Positions 17,836 to 27,925 of a stretch of DNA of 64,000 nt are shown here, one piece after another (within the stretch, counting starts at the first letter, position 1; each line of letters starts with the position of its first letter). Both the position numbers and the translations under genes were made by a program. Source of the stretch: Eubacteriales bacterium (lineage in GTDB: Bacteria; Bacillota; Clostridia; Oscillospirales; CAG-272); contig JBGVPY010000046.1 in assembly GCA_045127235.1 (NCBI GenBank), positions 29,047-93,046 on the forward strand. Reading direction: 5' to 3'. A model generated the notes under the pieces. It ran no database searches, was not told the DNA's origin, and saw only the letters and a list, made by a program, of their open reading frames with translations.

Positions 17836-19923
17836 TTATTTGACACCAAACAGAAGCTCACTATAATTAGGGAATGGCCAATATTCCTTGGCGGTAATTG
17901 TTTCCATTGCATCTACTGTGCTTCTTAGCTTTTCCATAAGGGAAAGGACATCTCTTTCGTGGGCATCGGCATTTTCCTGTAAATCTACTATGGTATTTGC
18001 CTTTGCTACCGCGTTTTCAAGAGAAACTGTGATTTCGTATGCATCGGAATTTAAGATTGAGAGCTTTCTTGCAATCTCTTTTTCGTATCTTGTGTCAAGA
18101 TATAATTCTTCCTTTAATTTAAGGGCTGTTGCAAGCTCCTTAGTATATTTTGATACGGCAGGGATAATTCTTCTCTTAGCCATATCAACCATTGTAAGAG
18201 CCTCAATGTTTATTACCTTGGAATAGTTTTCAAGCATGATATCGTATCTTGCTCTCATTTCCTTTTCGCTGAAAATCTTATTGTTTACGAAAAGCTCAAT
18301 GTTCTTTCTGTCAAGGTAATGGGAAACTGCTTCAGGAGTTGACTTTAAGTTAGAAAGTCCTCTCTTTTCTGCTTCTTTTAGCCATGCATCATCGTAGCCG
18401 TTACCGTTAAAGAGAATTCTCTTATGGTTTTTGATTGTATCCTTAATAAGGTCGTGGAGCTTTTCGGTAAAGTTGTCAGCGTCCTTTAAAATTTCGTAAA
18501 ATTCGTTTAATACCTGAGTTACTGCTGTATTGATTACCGTATTTGTATCAGCGATTGAAGCGCTTGAGCCAAGCATACGGAATTCAAACTTATTACCTGT
18601 AAATGCAAATGGAGAGGTTCTGTTTCTATCGGTGGTATCCTTAGGGAACTTTGGAAGGATATGAACGCCTACACGCATTTGCTCCTTTTCCTTGCCCTCG
18701 TATTTTTCATCCTTTTCAATAGCATCTAAAACTGCTGAAAGCTCATCGCCTAAGAAGATTGACACAACTGCCGGTGGAGCTTCATTTGCTCCTAAACGGT
18801 GGTCATTGCCTGCTGATGCTACTGAGATACGGAGAATATCCTGATATTCATCAACGGCTTTAATTACTGCGCAAAGGAATAATAAAAATTGAGCGTTTTC
18901 AAATGGAGTTTCGCCAGGCTCTAAAAGGTTAATGCCTGTATTTGTGGATAATGACCAGTTATTATGCTTACCGCTACCGTTTACGCCTGCAAATGGCTTT
19001 TCATGGAGTAGGCACATCATACCGTGCTTCTTGGCAACTCTTTGCATAAGCTCCATTGTTAATTGGTTATGGTCGGTTGCTAGGTTAGTTGTAGTGAAGA
19101 TAGGAGCAAGCTCGTGCTGACATGGAGCTACCTCGTTATGCTCTGTTTTTGCAAGCACGCCAAGCTTCCAAAGCTCTTCATCAAGCTCTAGCATAAACGC
19201 CTTGATTTGTGGCTTGATTGAGCCGTAATAGTGGTCATCAAGCTCCTGTCCCTTTGGCGGTCTTGCGCCGAATAGCGTTCTGCCTGTATATACAAGGTCG
19301 GGTCTTTTATTGTATAATTCTTTATCAATTAAGAAATATTCCTGCTCGGGTCCTACTGTGGTTTTTACGGATGTTACATCATCGTTGCCAAAGAGCTTAA
19401 CAATTTTGATTGCAGCCTTTTCAAGCACCTCAAGGGAGCGAAGAAGTGGTGTTTTCTTATCAAGAGCCTCGCCACCGTATGAGCAGAATGCAGTTGGAAT
19501 ACAAAGGGTAGAGTTTTTAATAAACGCATAAGAGGTTGGGTCCCAAGCGGTATAGCCTCTTGCCTCGAATGTGGCACGAAGTCCGCCTGATGGGAAGGAT
19601 GAAGCATCGCTTTCGCCCTTTACAAGCTCCTTGCCCTTTAATACCATAATAACATTAGAGTTATCAAGAGGAGTAATAAAGCTATCGTGCTTTTCGGCAG
19701 TAATGCCTGTCATTGGCTGGAACCAGTGAGTATAATGGGATGCGCCCTTTTCAATAGCCCAATTTTTCATAGCCTCTGCAACGATATTTGCAGATGATAA
19801 ATCAAGGTGCTTGCCGTTTTTGATGGTATTTTGAATAGAATCGTAAACCTCTTTTGGAAGTCTTTCTTTCATTACATCATCGTTAAACACCATTGAGCCA
19901 AAGATTTTTGAAATATCACTCAT
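17836..19923 (-). CDS. glnA: Glutamine synthetase type III
   Basis: HYTHWFQPMTG, DASSFPSGGLRATFEARGYTAWD, HEKPFAGVNGSGKH and DRNRTSPFAFTGNKFEFR motifs; 695 aa. Confidence 0.95.
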   Translation of the reverse strand: MSDISKIFGSMVFNDDVMKERLPKEVYDSIQNTIKNGKHLDLSSANIVAEAMKNWAIEKGASHYTHWFQPMTGITAEKHDSFITPLDNSNVIMVLKGKELVKGESDASSFPSGGLRATFEARGYTAWDPTSYAFIKNSTLCIPTAFCSYGGEALDKKTPLLRSLEVLEKAAIKIVKLFGNDDVTSVKTTVGPEQEYFLIDKELYNKRPDLVYTGRTLFGARPPKGQELDDHYYGSIKPQIKAFMLELDEELWKLGVLAKTEHNEVAPCQHELAPIFTTTNLATDHNQLTMELMQRVAKKHGMMCLLHEKPFAGVNGSGKHNNWSLSTNTGINLLEPGETPFENAQFLLFLCAVIKAVDEYQDILRISVASAGNDHRLGANEAPPAVVSIFLGDELSAVLDAIEKDEKYEGKEKEQMRVGVHILPKFPKDTTDRNRTSPFAFTGNKFEFRMLGSSASIADTNTVINTAVTQVLNEFYEILKDADNFTEKLHDLIKDTIKNHKRILFNGNGYDDAWLKEAEKRGLSNLKSTPEAVSHYLDRKNIELFVNNKIFSEKEMRARYDIMLENYSKVINIEALTMVDMAKRRIIPAVSKYTKELATALKLKEELYLDTRYEKEIARKLSILNSDAYEITVSLENAVAKANTIVDLQENADAHERDVLSLMEKLRSTVDAMETITAKEYWPFPNYSELLFGVK

Positions 19924-20071
19924 ACGCTACTCCTTTGTGAAAATCCTAAACTTATGCTTGAATTATACAATTTTTAGGTTATTTTGTCAATACCTTTATA
20001 TATTATATTTAAAATTAAATATTTGTTGCAAATTTTTTGTAGATGTGGTACAATGCTAAAGAGGTGATTTT

Positions 20072-20809
20072 ATGTTTTCAGCACCAAACAGCGAAACTGC
20101 ATGCGGCATGTTCACTCTGCCTCATATAGTCAGCTTGGTTTTATGTATGGGGCTTATTATTCTTTTTGTTTATCTGTCAAGGAAAATAAGCGAAAAATCA
20201 TTACTTTTAATAACAAGAGTAATGTGCGCGGTATTTATCCTATGGGAAATTGCCAAGATTATTTTCAAATTTATTATTGGAGATACATATCTTGACCATT
20301 GGTTGCCACTTTATTTTTGTTCCTTGTTCATTTATGCTCTTGCCTTTTTATCATTCGGCAAGGGACGTGTCTATAAATTAGGAGAAGCATTTATCTCGGG
20401 TGGTTGTATTGTTGCAGGCTTAGCCTACTTAATTATCCCTGCCACATCCCTTATGGACTTTCCTATTTATCACTTTTTAAGTATACATTCAATGCTATTC
20501 CATTCAAGCATGGTTTATCTTGGAATAATGTATATTTATAAACACAGGGTTAAGTTAAATAAGGTTGATTACTGCTATTATGCATCATTTGTGGGTGGCT
20601 TTTTGCTTTTGTCGCTTGTACTTAATATAGCATTAAATCAAAACTTTATGATTATAAAAAATCCTGTTAACATTCCTATTGATATAGTAAATAAATTAGC
20701 AAGTGCGTGTCCTTGGTTATATACCGCTTTTGCTATTTTGCTATACTTAACTATTCCATTTTTCGCTATAAAGGGAATACTTTTACTTATTAAAAAAATC
20801 AAAAAATGA
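20072..20809 (+). CDS. YwaF-like integral membrane protein
   Basis: GMFTLPH, LPLYFCS and FHS motifs; several TM segments. Confidence 0.7.
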   Translation: MFSAPNSETACGMFTLPHIVSLVLCMGLIILFVYLSRKISEKSLLLITRVMCAVFILWEIAKIIFKFIIGDTYLDHWLPLYFCSLFIYALAFLSFGKGRVYKLGEAFISGGCIVAGLAYLIIPATSLMDFPIYHFLSIHSMLFHSSMVYLGIMYIYKHRVKLNKVDYCYYASFVGGFLLLSLVLNIALNQNFMIIKNPVNIPIDIVNKLASACPWLYTAFAILLYLTIPFFAIKGILLLIKKIKK

Positions 20810-20818
20810 GGTGATTTT

Positions 20819-21262
20819 ATGAAATGTCCATATTGCGGAAGTCCAGACAGTAAGGTTATTGACTCACGCTCCATTGAGGAAAATTCAAGCATTCGCCGTC
20901 GTCGCGAATGTATTAAATGTCAAGCAAGATTTAACACCTTTGAGACCGTTGAAACTATTCAAATTATGGTCATTAAAAAGGACGGTAGCCGTGAATACTT
21001 TGACAAGGCTAAAATGCTTTCAGGTATTGTTAAGGCGTGTCAAAAGCGTCCTGTTGACTCGGTAGCCATTGCAAATAAGGTTGAAAGCGACATTTTAAAC
21101 TCCATGAAGCAAGAAATTAAGTCCCAAGAAATTGGCGAAATGATTATGAAGGAGCTAAAGGCTGCCGATGCGGTTGCATATGTGCGCTTTGCTTCAATTT
21201 ACCGTGATTTCCAGGATGTTGAAACATTTATGAAGGAACTACGAAATTTTTTAAAGCTTTAA
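20819..21262 (+). CDS. nrdR: Transcriptional repressor NrdR
   Basis: MKCPYCG, VIDSR, IRRRREC, ATP cone, VAYVRFASIY. Confidence 0.97.
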   Translation: MKCPYCGSPDSKVIDSRSIEENSSIRRRRECIKCQARFNTFETVETIQIMVIKKDGSREYFDKAKMLSGIVKACQKRPVDSVAIANKVESDILNSMKQEIKSQEIGEMIMKELKAADAVAYVRFASIYRDFQDVETFMKELRNFLKL

Positions 21263-21267
21263 AAAAT

Positions 21268-21314
21268 TTAGCTGTTAGCTGTCAGCCGTTAGCAGCTAGC
21301 GAGATTAGATTAAC
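21268..21314. repeat. Heptamer array (stop-side arm) just after nrdR
   Basis: ttagctgttagctgtcagccgttagcagctagcgagattagattaac; shares the agattagattaac extension with the arm at 17761-17808. Confidence 0.75.
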
Positions 21315-21335
21315 GGCAGTTATAACAAAATATAC

Positions 21336-21415
21336 AAGCGCAAAAGAGGGAAAGAACGGTGAAAATCCGTCGCAGCAGCCACTACGGTTAGAGTCCGAAT
21401 GCCGCTTTTGTGTTT
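21336..21415 (+). ncRNA. Cobalamin riboswitch (short, class-II-like)
   Basis: AGGGAA...CGGTGAAAATCCG.CGCAG..CCACTACGGT...GAGTCCGAATGCCGC core, closed by aagcgcaaaag/cttttgtgttt; upstream of a DUF4430 lipoprotein. Confidence 0.75.
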
Positions 21416-21546
21416 AGCATATGCTATGGTAAAATACTCTTGGGCAAATGAAGAGGAAAGGACCGAATGATACGCTTTTGATGCTTTGGCGTGTTTATTC
21501 TCTCATATTTTATCTTGTTAAAATATATAAAATAGGAGAAAAGAAA

Positions 21547-21969
21547 ATGAAAAAACTTTTATCACTCACTTTAGTAGCTTTAATGCTCACATTATCAATT
21601 TTCGTCGTATCCTGTGTGGATAGAAACGGCGGTGGCTCGGGAGAAATGATTTACACCGAGGACACTACTCTTGGCACAGGCAACACGCATTTTACTCTTA
21701 TCGTTGAGCATGTAAATGATAAAAAGGTTACCTTTACAATAAACACAGACAAAGCGATTTTGTCCGATGCACTTGTGGAAATCGGTCTTTTAGTAGGACA
21801 CGATGATACATACGGTCTTTACATAGATACGGTAAACGGCGTAACTCACGATTACAATACCGATAAAACATATTGGGCAATTTATGAAGGCGATAATTAC
21901 GCATCAACCGGTATTGACGGTATTACAATTGTAAACGGCGCAACATATAAATTAGTTGCATCAAGATAA
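21547..21969 (+). CDS. DUF4430 (transcobalamin C-terminal-like) lipoprotein, probable cobalamin-binding protein
   Basis: Lipobox VVSC; YGLYIDTVNG...YWAIY...ASTGID motif; start MKKLL behind AGGAG. Confidence 0.8.
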   Translation: MKKLLSLTLVALMLTLSIFVVSCVDRNGGGSGEMIYTEDTTLGTGNTHFTLIVEHVNDKKVTFTINTDKAILSDALVEIGLLVGHDDTYGLYIDTVNGVTHDYNTDKTYWAIYEGDNYASTGIDGITIVNGATYKLVASR

Positions 21970-21996
21970 TTAAATTTAATTTAATTTAAAGCATCA

Positions 21997-22031
21997 AAAA
22001 AAGAGCTCGAGGCTTAGCCTCGGGCTCTTTT
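21997..22031. terminator. Bidirectional terminator
   Basis: aaaaagagctcgaggc-tta-gcctcgggctctttt. Confidence 0.8.
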
Positions 22032-22051
22032 GATTTTAGTTTGTTTGAGTT

Positions 22052-24067
22052 TTAATAGTCAAGCTCCCATCCGTAAATCACATATTGTGATGGGCTTAAT
22101 CTTTGAACCCAGGTTGTAAGTGATGAAGGAACTTCAAAATATATCATGATTTTCTTAACTGCTGATAGTGCATTTGCCTCAATATACTTCACTTCTTTGG
22201 GGATATATATTTCTTCAATAGTTGTATTTGGACTTCCGCCCTCATGAAAATAGGTGGCTATTTTGTATTCTTCTCCGTTAAAGCTACGAGGTAATTTAAC
22301 CACAGGATTGCTTCCTACATACTGAATTAAGTAATTCACACTATCTATCTTAGCAAAAACAAACCCATCGTTTGTTTCTGTTATTATGCTTGGCTCATCC
22401 AATGACTTATGAACAATCCTTGCATACTTGCCTACACCACCAGTACCATAGCCATCACCAGCTGTAATTCCTTTATTCTCTGCATACACCTCAATGAGAT
22501 GGTAGCAAAGTGTGAATGTGTTGTTATATGGGAAATATGTACTGTTAGATAGTTTTACTGACTTTAGGTTGGTACAGTATGAAAATGCATGCTTGTCAAT
22601 CCAACTGCAATCTATTTGTGCATATTCCAGTCCACTCTCTTCAAAGGCGTGCGCACTTATTTCGCTACTATATCCATTGTACTCCATGGTTAAATTTTTT
22701 ATCGATTTACAACCAGCAAACACATACGGTCTAATCATTGTAATATCCTTGGTTATATGCAAATCGGTTAAAAGCTCATCATTCAAATACATATCATAAG
22801 AAACTCCAAAAAACATTTCGCCCTCAGGTAAAGCATAAGGTGTTTCCACATTGCACCAGCTTTTTAGATCGTTTATATAAATTCTTTCAAGATAACGGCA
22901 GGAAGTGAATGTACCGGAAAATATTTGTAAAAGTGTTGACGGTAATCTAACAACCTTTAAATTGAAGCAATTAAAGTTTATATCGCCAATCTTTTCCACT
23001 CCCTCGGGGATAATAAGCTCTGTAACTGCATCTGAATTTATCCTTCTTACCTCGGTTACAGGATATTTTGTTGTTTCCCCCTTAGGTGTATAGTATGGGC
23101 TTATTGATACAACAGTATTTGTGCCATTATAACCTGACACATATGCTTTACCATTATAAATATCGTATATTACTCCATCTGTGTAGTGTTCCTTATCACA
23201 TCTTACACATATTTCGTTATCGTACGCGTGTCCGAATGCTACTACGCCATCCTTGTATTTTTCGGTGTTGCACACGCTACATTTTTTGTATAGCACCTCT
23301 GTTTCTGTACAGGTAGCAGGAGTTTTTGTGTGCCAAAAGCTTGAAAGCTTATGTTCAATTACTATCTCGCCCTCTTTTGTTTCCTTTTCGCCGCACTCCG
23401 AGCATTCACGCTCTAATATTTGTGGAGTATTGCAGGTTCCTTTGTCAATTTCTGCCCACTCACTCCAGCTGTGGTTGATAACCGGAATGTCAATGTCAGT
23501 ATCGGTGTCAGTATCTGTGTCTGAGCTTGTATCGCCGTTTGTCTCTGTATTGGTATCTACATTTATGTCTGTATTGGTATCTGTGTTTGTGTCGGCTTCT
23601 GTATCCGTATCAGCGTTAGTATCAAAATCAACAACGTTGTCTGTGTTTGTATTTAGAATTGTATCTGTATCGGTGGAATTATCGTTAATAAATAATGTGC
23701 CTATAAGAATTGCAAGAGCAAGTGCTACACATATTGCTATGGAAATTATAATAATTGATTTTTTGCTCATACTCTTTTCTGTTTCATTTTGTTCATTATC
23801 AATATCTGAATTATCATTATCTAAAGTATCATTTGGCTCTTGATTGTCATTGAAATATTCCTTTAAATCAATGCTATCATCTAACAACAGATTATAAGAA
23901 ATATCAAGAATATCCGCAAGCCTTTCAATTTTATTAAATTCAGGTGTATTGAGGTCTGCTTCCCACTTATAGATTGTTTGACGGGACACTCCCATTTTCT
24001 TGGCTAATCTATCCTGTGAAATTTTTCGCTTTTTTCTCATATACACAATTTTTTCAGAAAACTTCAT
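22052..24067 (-). CDS. XRE HTH - TM - Asp/Thr linker - Cys repeats - BspA-type LRR fusion protein
   Basis: MRKKRKISQDRLAKKMGVSRQTIYKWE; TM IIIISIAICVALALAILIGTLFI; DTDTDT linker; TC...C..C repeats; IPEGVEKIG-type LRRs. Confidence 0.88.
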   Translation of the reverse strand: MKFSEKIVYMRKKRKISQDRLAKKMGVSRQTIYKWEADLNTPEFNKIERLADILDISYNLLLDDSIDLKEYFNDNQEPNDTLDNDNSDIDNEQNETEKSMSKKSIIIISIAICVALALAILIGTLFINDNSTDTDTILNTNTDNVVDFDTNADTDTEADTNTDTNTDINVDTNTETNGDTSSDTDTDTDTDIDIPVINHSWSEWAEIDKGTCNTPQILERECSECGEKETKEGEIVIEHKLSSFWHTKTPATCTETEVLYKKCSVCNTEKYKDGVVAFGHAYDNEICVRCDKEHYTDGVIYDIYNGKAYVSGYNGTNTVVSISPYYTPKGETTKYPVTEVRRINSDAVTELIIPEGVEKIGDINFNCFNLKVVRLPSTLLQIFSGTFTSCRYLERIYINDLKSWCNVETPYALPEGEMFFGVSYDMYLNDELLTDLHITKDITMIRPYVFAGCKSIKNLTMEYNGYSSEISAHAFEESGLEYAQIDCSWIDKHAFSYCTNLKSVKLSNSTYFPYNNTFTLCYHLIEVYAENKGITAGDGYGTGGVGKYARIVHKSLDEPSIITETNDGFVFAKIDSVNYLIQYVGSNPVVKLPRSFNGEEYKIATYFHEGGSPNTTIEEIYIPKEVKYIEANALSAVKKIMIYFEVPSSLTTWVQRLSPSQYVIYGWELDY

Positions 24068-24142
24068 TTGTCACCATTCCTTTCATTTCTGTCAAAAATT
24101 CTAACACATTACCAAGGAAAATTCAAGTTGAGGGAATGATTT

Positions 24143-24167
24143 TTTTGTAAACCTAAGGTTTACAAAA
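24143..24167. promoter_or_regulatory. Perfect palindrome, putative operator of the XRE-LRR regulator
   Basis: ttttgtaaacct-a-aggtttacaaaa (12-bp arms, 1-nt spacer), ~75 bp upstream of the XRE gene start. Confidence 0.55.
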
Positions 24168-24209
24168 TGTAAAAAAAGAGACCTTTACAATGTAAAAGTC
24201 TCTCATTTT

Positions 24210-25118
24210 TTATAATTTGAACAGTTTAATTGCTTTAATTGCGGTGCCGTCCTCGTAGTCTTTGACTTGACCTAAGGCGAAGAAGCCGTCCTTGTCGCAA
24301 ATTCTTATAAATTCATCCACAGGGTAGGATGTTTTTATCTTTTTTTGGTAGATTTGGCATCCGCTACGGCAAAGCTTGGCGTAGAAGTCAGGCAAAATTA
24401 CGCTTGGTGCTTCTAAAAAAAGCTCCTCAACGGGCTTTACTAAGCTTAGTCTTTCTTCCATTGACATTTCTTCAATTTGGGCGATGGTGTGTGCGTTATT
24501 TAAGGTGAAATTACCACTTTTTGTACGGTTAAGCTCGCTCATTACCGCGCCACATCCAAGGTATGCACCGATATCGGCGCAAAGTGTTCTTATGTATGTT
24601 CCCTTTGAGCAGTCAACATCTAAGGTATAAATGCCCTCTTGCTCGTTTATACACTCTGCTTTTATTGAATAAATTGTGATTTTTCTTGCTTGTCTTTCAA
24701 CAACTATTCCCTCACGGGCAAGGTCAACTAATTTTTTGCCATCTACCTTTAATGCGCTATACATTGGTGGCACTTGCTCTATCTCGCCGATAAAATGATT
24801 TACCGCTTCAAAAAACTCTTCTTTTGTGGGGAGAGTGTCGCTCTTTGTTAAAATTTTGCCTGTTATATCCTCGGTGTCCGTTGTGATACCAAGCTTAATT
24901 TCTGCTTTATAGCCTTTATTTTCAGATAGCAAATATTCAGCTGCCTTTGCACCTCTGCCGATTAAAACAGGTAAAACTCCTGTGGCAAGGGGGTCAAGTG
25001 TGCCTGTATGACCTACCTTTCTTGTACCGTAAAGCTTTCTGATTTTGAATACTATGTCGTGGGATGTAACGCCCTTATGCTTATTAACGAGAATTACTCC
25101 GCATGGTTCATTTTCCAT
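24210..25118 (-). CDS. truB: tRNA pseudouridine(55) synthase
   Basis: KVGHTGTLDPLATGVL, QVPPMYSALK and CSKGTYIRTL motifs. Confidence 0.97.
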   Translation of the reverse strand: MENEPCGVILVNKHKGVTSHDIVFKIRKLYGTRKVGHTGTLDPLATGVLPVLIGRGAKAAEYLLSENKGYKAEIKLGITTDTEDITGKILTKSDTLPTKEEFFEAVNHFIGEIEQVPPMYSALKVDGKKLVDLAREGIVVERQARKITIYSIKAECINEQEGIYTLDVDCSKGTYIRTLCADIGAYLGCGAVMSELNRTKSGNFTLNNAHTIAQIEEMSMEERLSLVKPVEELFLEAPSVILPDFYAKLCRSGCQIYQKKIKTSYPVDEFIRICDKDGFFALGQVKDYEDGTAIKAIKLFKL

Positions 25119-25165
25119 ATTGTTTTTCCTTATTTAACTCTTTATTGGAAAGTTTTGATTGCTAT

Positions 25166-25200
25166 TTACTGACCACTGGCTACTGACCACTGACCACTAA
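25166..25200. repeat. Heptamer array (stop-side arm) that supplies the DHH gene stop codon
   Basis: Minus strand tTAGtggtcagtggtcagtagccagtggtcagtaa; the TAG stop is the start of the first repeat unit. Confidence 0.75.
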
Positions 25201-26156
25201 AAATTGTTGGCGAATAATTCAACAATTTTTGCAAATGCTTCCTCGGAAGAATTTGCATATAGCGTTGCTCCTGCGGCACGGACATGTCCGCCTCCACCGA
25301 TTTTAGCGCACGCTTTTGATACATCAATATCACAATTTGACCTTGATGAAATAGAGTATTTATTTTCATCGTTGATGGTTTGTTTAATTGATACGGCTAC
25401 CTTAACGCCTTCAATACTGCGAATACAGTTTACTATATCGCCAATATCCTCATCGGTAATATCATTTTCCTCGCGCATTGCTTTTGTAAACATTACTACC
25501 GCAAGAGCGCCATCGCAAAGCAATTTTACATTCTTATATGCAAGCTCTTGTCCTTTGATTTCGCCTAATGTTTTATTATCAAAAATAAGGCGGTTTATTT
25601 CTGCAAAATCAATACCGAAGGTTATGATTTCTGCGCCGTAAAGCATTGTTCTTTCGGTGGTGTTAGAATATTTAAAGCCACCTGTATCTCCCGAAATGCC
25701 TGCATATACGCTTTCAAAAAAGTGAATTGGAAGATTATCTAAAATTTTCATTTCTCTTGCAAGCTCAAATATAATTTCACAGCAAGCGCCACAAAATTCC
25801 TCGTAATAGTCTGTAAATCTTGTATTCATTGCGTGGTGGTCGATAATTAAATCAACTCTATCTGCAAGGAAGGAAAGTTCTCCAAGCTGCATAGGAGACG
25901 CCACATCAACCGCGATAATTCTTTCGTAATTATCCTCGTTATATTCAAGGTCCTCTCCCTTTGTAATAAACGCAAGGCGTGTTGTCTTATCACAGCAAGC
26001 AACCTTAGCTTTTGAGCCGTAATGCTCTAAAATCGCTTTTAAGCCGAATGCGCTACCGAGTGTATCGGGGTCGGGGTTTCTGTGGCACAAAATGAGAGTA
26101 TATTTTGGAATTTTAACCTCATTTTGTAATTCAATTAAATTAAGCTTCTTCATCAT
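25197..26156 (-). CDS. DHH/DHHA1 phosphoesterase (NrnA-like oligoribonuclease/pAp phosphatase)
   Basis: HRNPDPD, VD, IDHH, GDTGGF and GGGGHVRAAG motifs; lies between rbfA and truB. Confidence 0.9.
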   Translation of the reverse strand: MMKKLNLIELQNEVKIPKYTLILCHRNPDPDTLGSAFGLKAILEHYGSKAKVACCDKTTRLAFITKGEDLEYNEDNYERIIAVDVASPMQLGELSFLADRVDLIIDHHAMNTRFTDYYEEFCGACCEIIFELAREMKILDNLPIHFFESVYAGISGDTGGFKYSNTTERTMLYGAEIITFGIDFAEINRLIFDNKTLGEIKGQELAYKNVKLLCDGALAVVMFTKAMREENDITDEDIGDIVNCIRSIEGVKVAVSIKQTINDENKYSISSRSNCDIDVSKACAKIGGGGHVRAAGATLYANSSEEAFAKIVELFANNF

Positions 26157-26517
26157 CTTGATATATGTCTTCCTCTGGGGAGATTTCAAGAGTGCTTAAA
26201 ATTTTTGAGATATTTGCACCATATTCTATTGAGCTATCGTATTCAAACATAAGCTCAGGTGTAATTCTTAAATTGATACGCTTTGCAAGCTCGCTTCTAA
26301 AAAAGCCTGTGGCATTTTTAAGCGCCTTTAATACCTCGTTTTTGTCATCGCCTAAAACGGAAAAGTAGATTTTTGCAAATTTTAAGTCCTTTGTTACCTC
26401 TGCGCCTGTGATTGAAACCAAAGCGCCTGCAATTCTTGGGTCCTTAACATCTCTTAAAATTTGAGCCATTTCCTGCTTTACTGCATCGTTAACTCTGTTT
26501 TGTCTGTATTTAGCCAT
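26140..26517 (-). CDS. rbfA: 30S ribosome-binding factor A
   Basis: VKDPRI, VTKDLKFAKIY and LRITPELMFEYDSS motifs. Confidence 0.96.
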   Translation of the reverse strand: MAKYRQNRVNDAVKQEMAQILRDVKDPRIAGALVSITGAEVTKDLKFAKIYFSVLGDDKNEVLKALKNATGFFRSELAKRINLRITPELMFEYDSSIEYGANISKILSTLEISPEEDIYQDDEEA

Positions 26518-26720
26518 TTTTGCTCCTTGTTTTAAAAAAATTCAGCTATCCTTGAATATCCCGTTACAGTCATACACACCAAAAATTTATTTATCCTTGG
26601 ACAGCTCTTTTTATAGTATAACATATATTTTAAAAAAATCAATTATTTTTTATAAGTGAGTTGAAATTGGTACTCACATCGTGGTAAAATAGGAAAAATG
26701 ATATTTTACGGAGAATTTAT

Positions 26721-27917
26721 ATGGAAGTATTAGCAGTCGTATTAAGTGCATTATCCTTAATTGTTAGCTGTGCTATATTGGTTGCGATAAAAAAGAAGGA
26801 AAGCGGTGCGCTTTCAAATGATGACATTGATAGAGTGCGTGATGCATCATCAAAGGAAATAGGTCGCGTAAGCGGTATTATTACAGGCAGTATTGAAAAT
26901 CAAAACAAGCATTTTATTGAGCTTGTAAATGAAAAGCTTGAGAGTCAAGCGAATTTAACTAAGGAAAGACTTGACAATATTGATAACAATGTTAGTAAAT
27001 CGCTTGGGGATATTAGGCGTGAAAACAGCGAAAAGCTAAACGAAATACAAAAGGCGGTAGATGAAAAGTTACAAAAGACACTTGATGATAGGCTTAAAAC
27101 ATCCTTTGACAGCGTTGTTACACAGATTGGCAATGTAAACAAGGCTATTGGCGAAATACGAAGCATTGCAGATGATGTTGGCTCACTTAAAAATATTCTT
27201 TCTAATGTTAAGACAAAGGGTATTGCGGGAGAGGTTATTTTAGGTAGTATTATCGGAGAAATTTTATCTCCTGACCAATACGAAACTAACTGTGCTACCA
27301 AGGTTGGCTCTCGTGATGTGGTTGAGTTTGCCATAAAAATCCCGAGCGGAGACTCATATATATACTTGCCTGTGGACTCAAAATTCCCACTTGAAGCATA
27401 CAATAAATTAAAGGATGCCACCGATTCAGCTGATAAAGCTTTAATTGAGAGTGCAAGAAAGGATTTAGCAAGGCAGATTAAAAATGAAGCAAAAACTATT
27501 GCTTCAAAGTATATTGATGTGCCAAACACCACCGATTTTGCTATAATGTTCTTGCCTACGGAAAGCCTTTATATTGAAGCCATTGAAATGGGTCTTTTTG
27601 AGGAATGTCAAAGGGAATTTAGAGTTAATATTTCAGGTCCTACTACGCTTTCTGCTATAATAAATGCGCTACGACTTGGCTTTAACTCCCTTGAAATTCA
27701 AAAAAGAAGCTCTGAGGTATTTAAGCTTTTAGGGGCGGTTAAAACAGAGTTTGAAAAATTTGCAGAATCTCTTTCAAGCGCGCAAAGGAAGCTCAATTTA
27801 GCGGGAGATGAAATTGAAAATCTTGTAGGCACAAGAACAAGGCAGATGCAAAAGAAGCTAAAGGAAATTGGCTCACTTTCCCCCGAGGAAGCAAAGAGCA
27901 TAATTGATAGCGAATAG
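26721..27917 (+). CDS. rmuC: DNA recombination protein RmuC
   Basis: N-terminal TM and coiled coil; KTKGIAGE, LPVDSKFP, TTDFAIMFLPTESLY and GPTTL motifs. Confidence 0.92.
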   Translation: MEVLAVVLSALSLIVSCAILVAIKKKESGALSNDDIDRVRDASSKEIGRVSGIITGSIENQNKHFIELVNEKLESQANLTKERLDNIDNNVSKSLGDIRRENSEKLNEIQKAVDEKLQKTLDDRLKTSFDSVVTQIGNVNKAIGEIRSIADDVGSLKNILSNVKTKGIAGEVILGSIIGEILSPDQYETNCATKVGSRDVVEFAIKIPSGDSYIYLPVDSKFPLEAYNKLKDATDSADKALIESARKDLARQIKNEAKTIASKYIDVPNTTDFAIMFLPTESLYIEAIEMGLFEECQREFRVNISGPTTLSAIINALRLGFNSLEIQKRSSEVFKLLGAVKTEFEKFAESLSSAQRKLNLAGDEIENLVGTRTRQMQKKLKEIGSLSPEEAKSIIDSE

Positions 27918-27925
27918 GAGAATAT

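Noticed and set aside
23253-23843. 196-aa plus-strand ORF rich in SVSV
   Set aside because: Antisense shadow of the DTDT linker of the XRE-LRR gene
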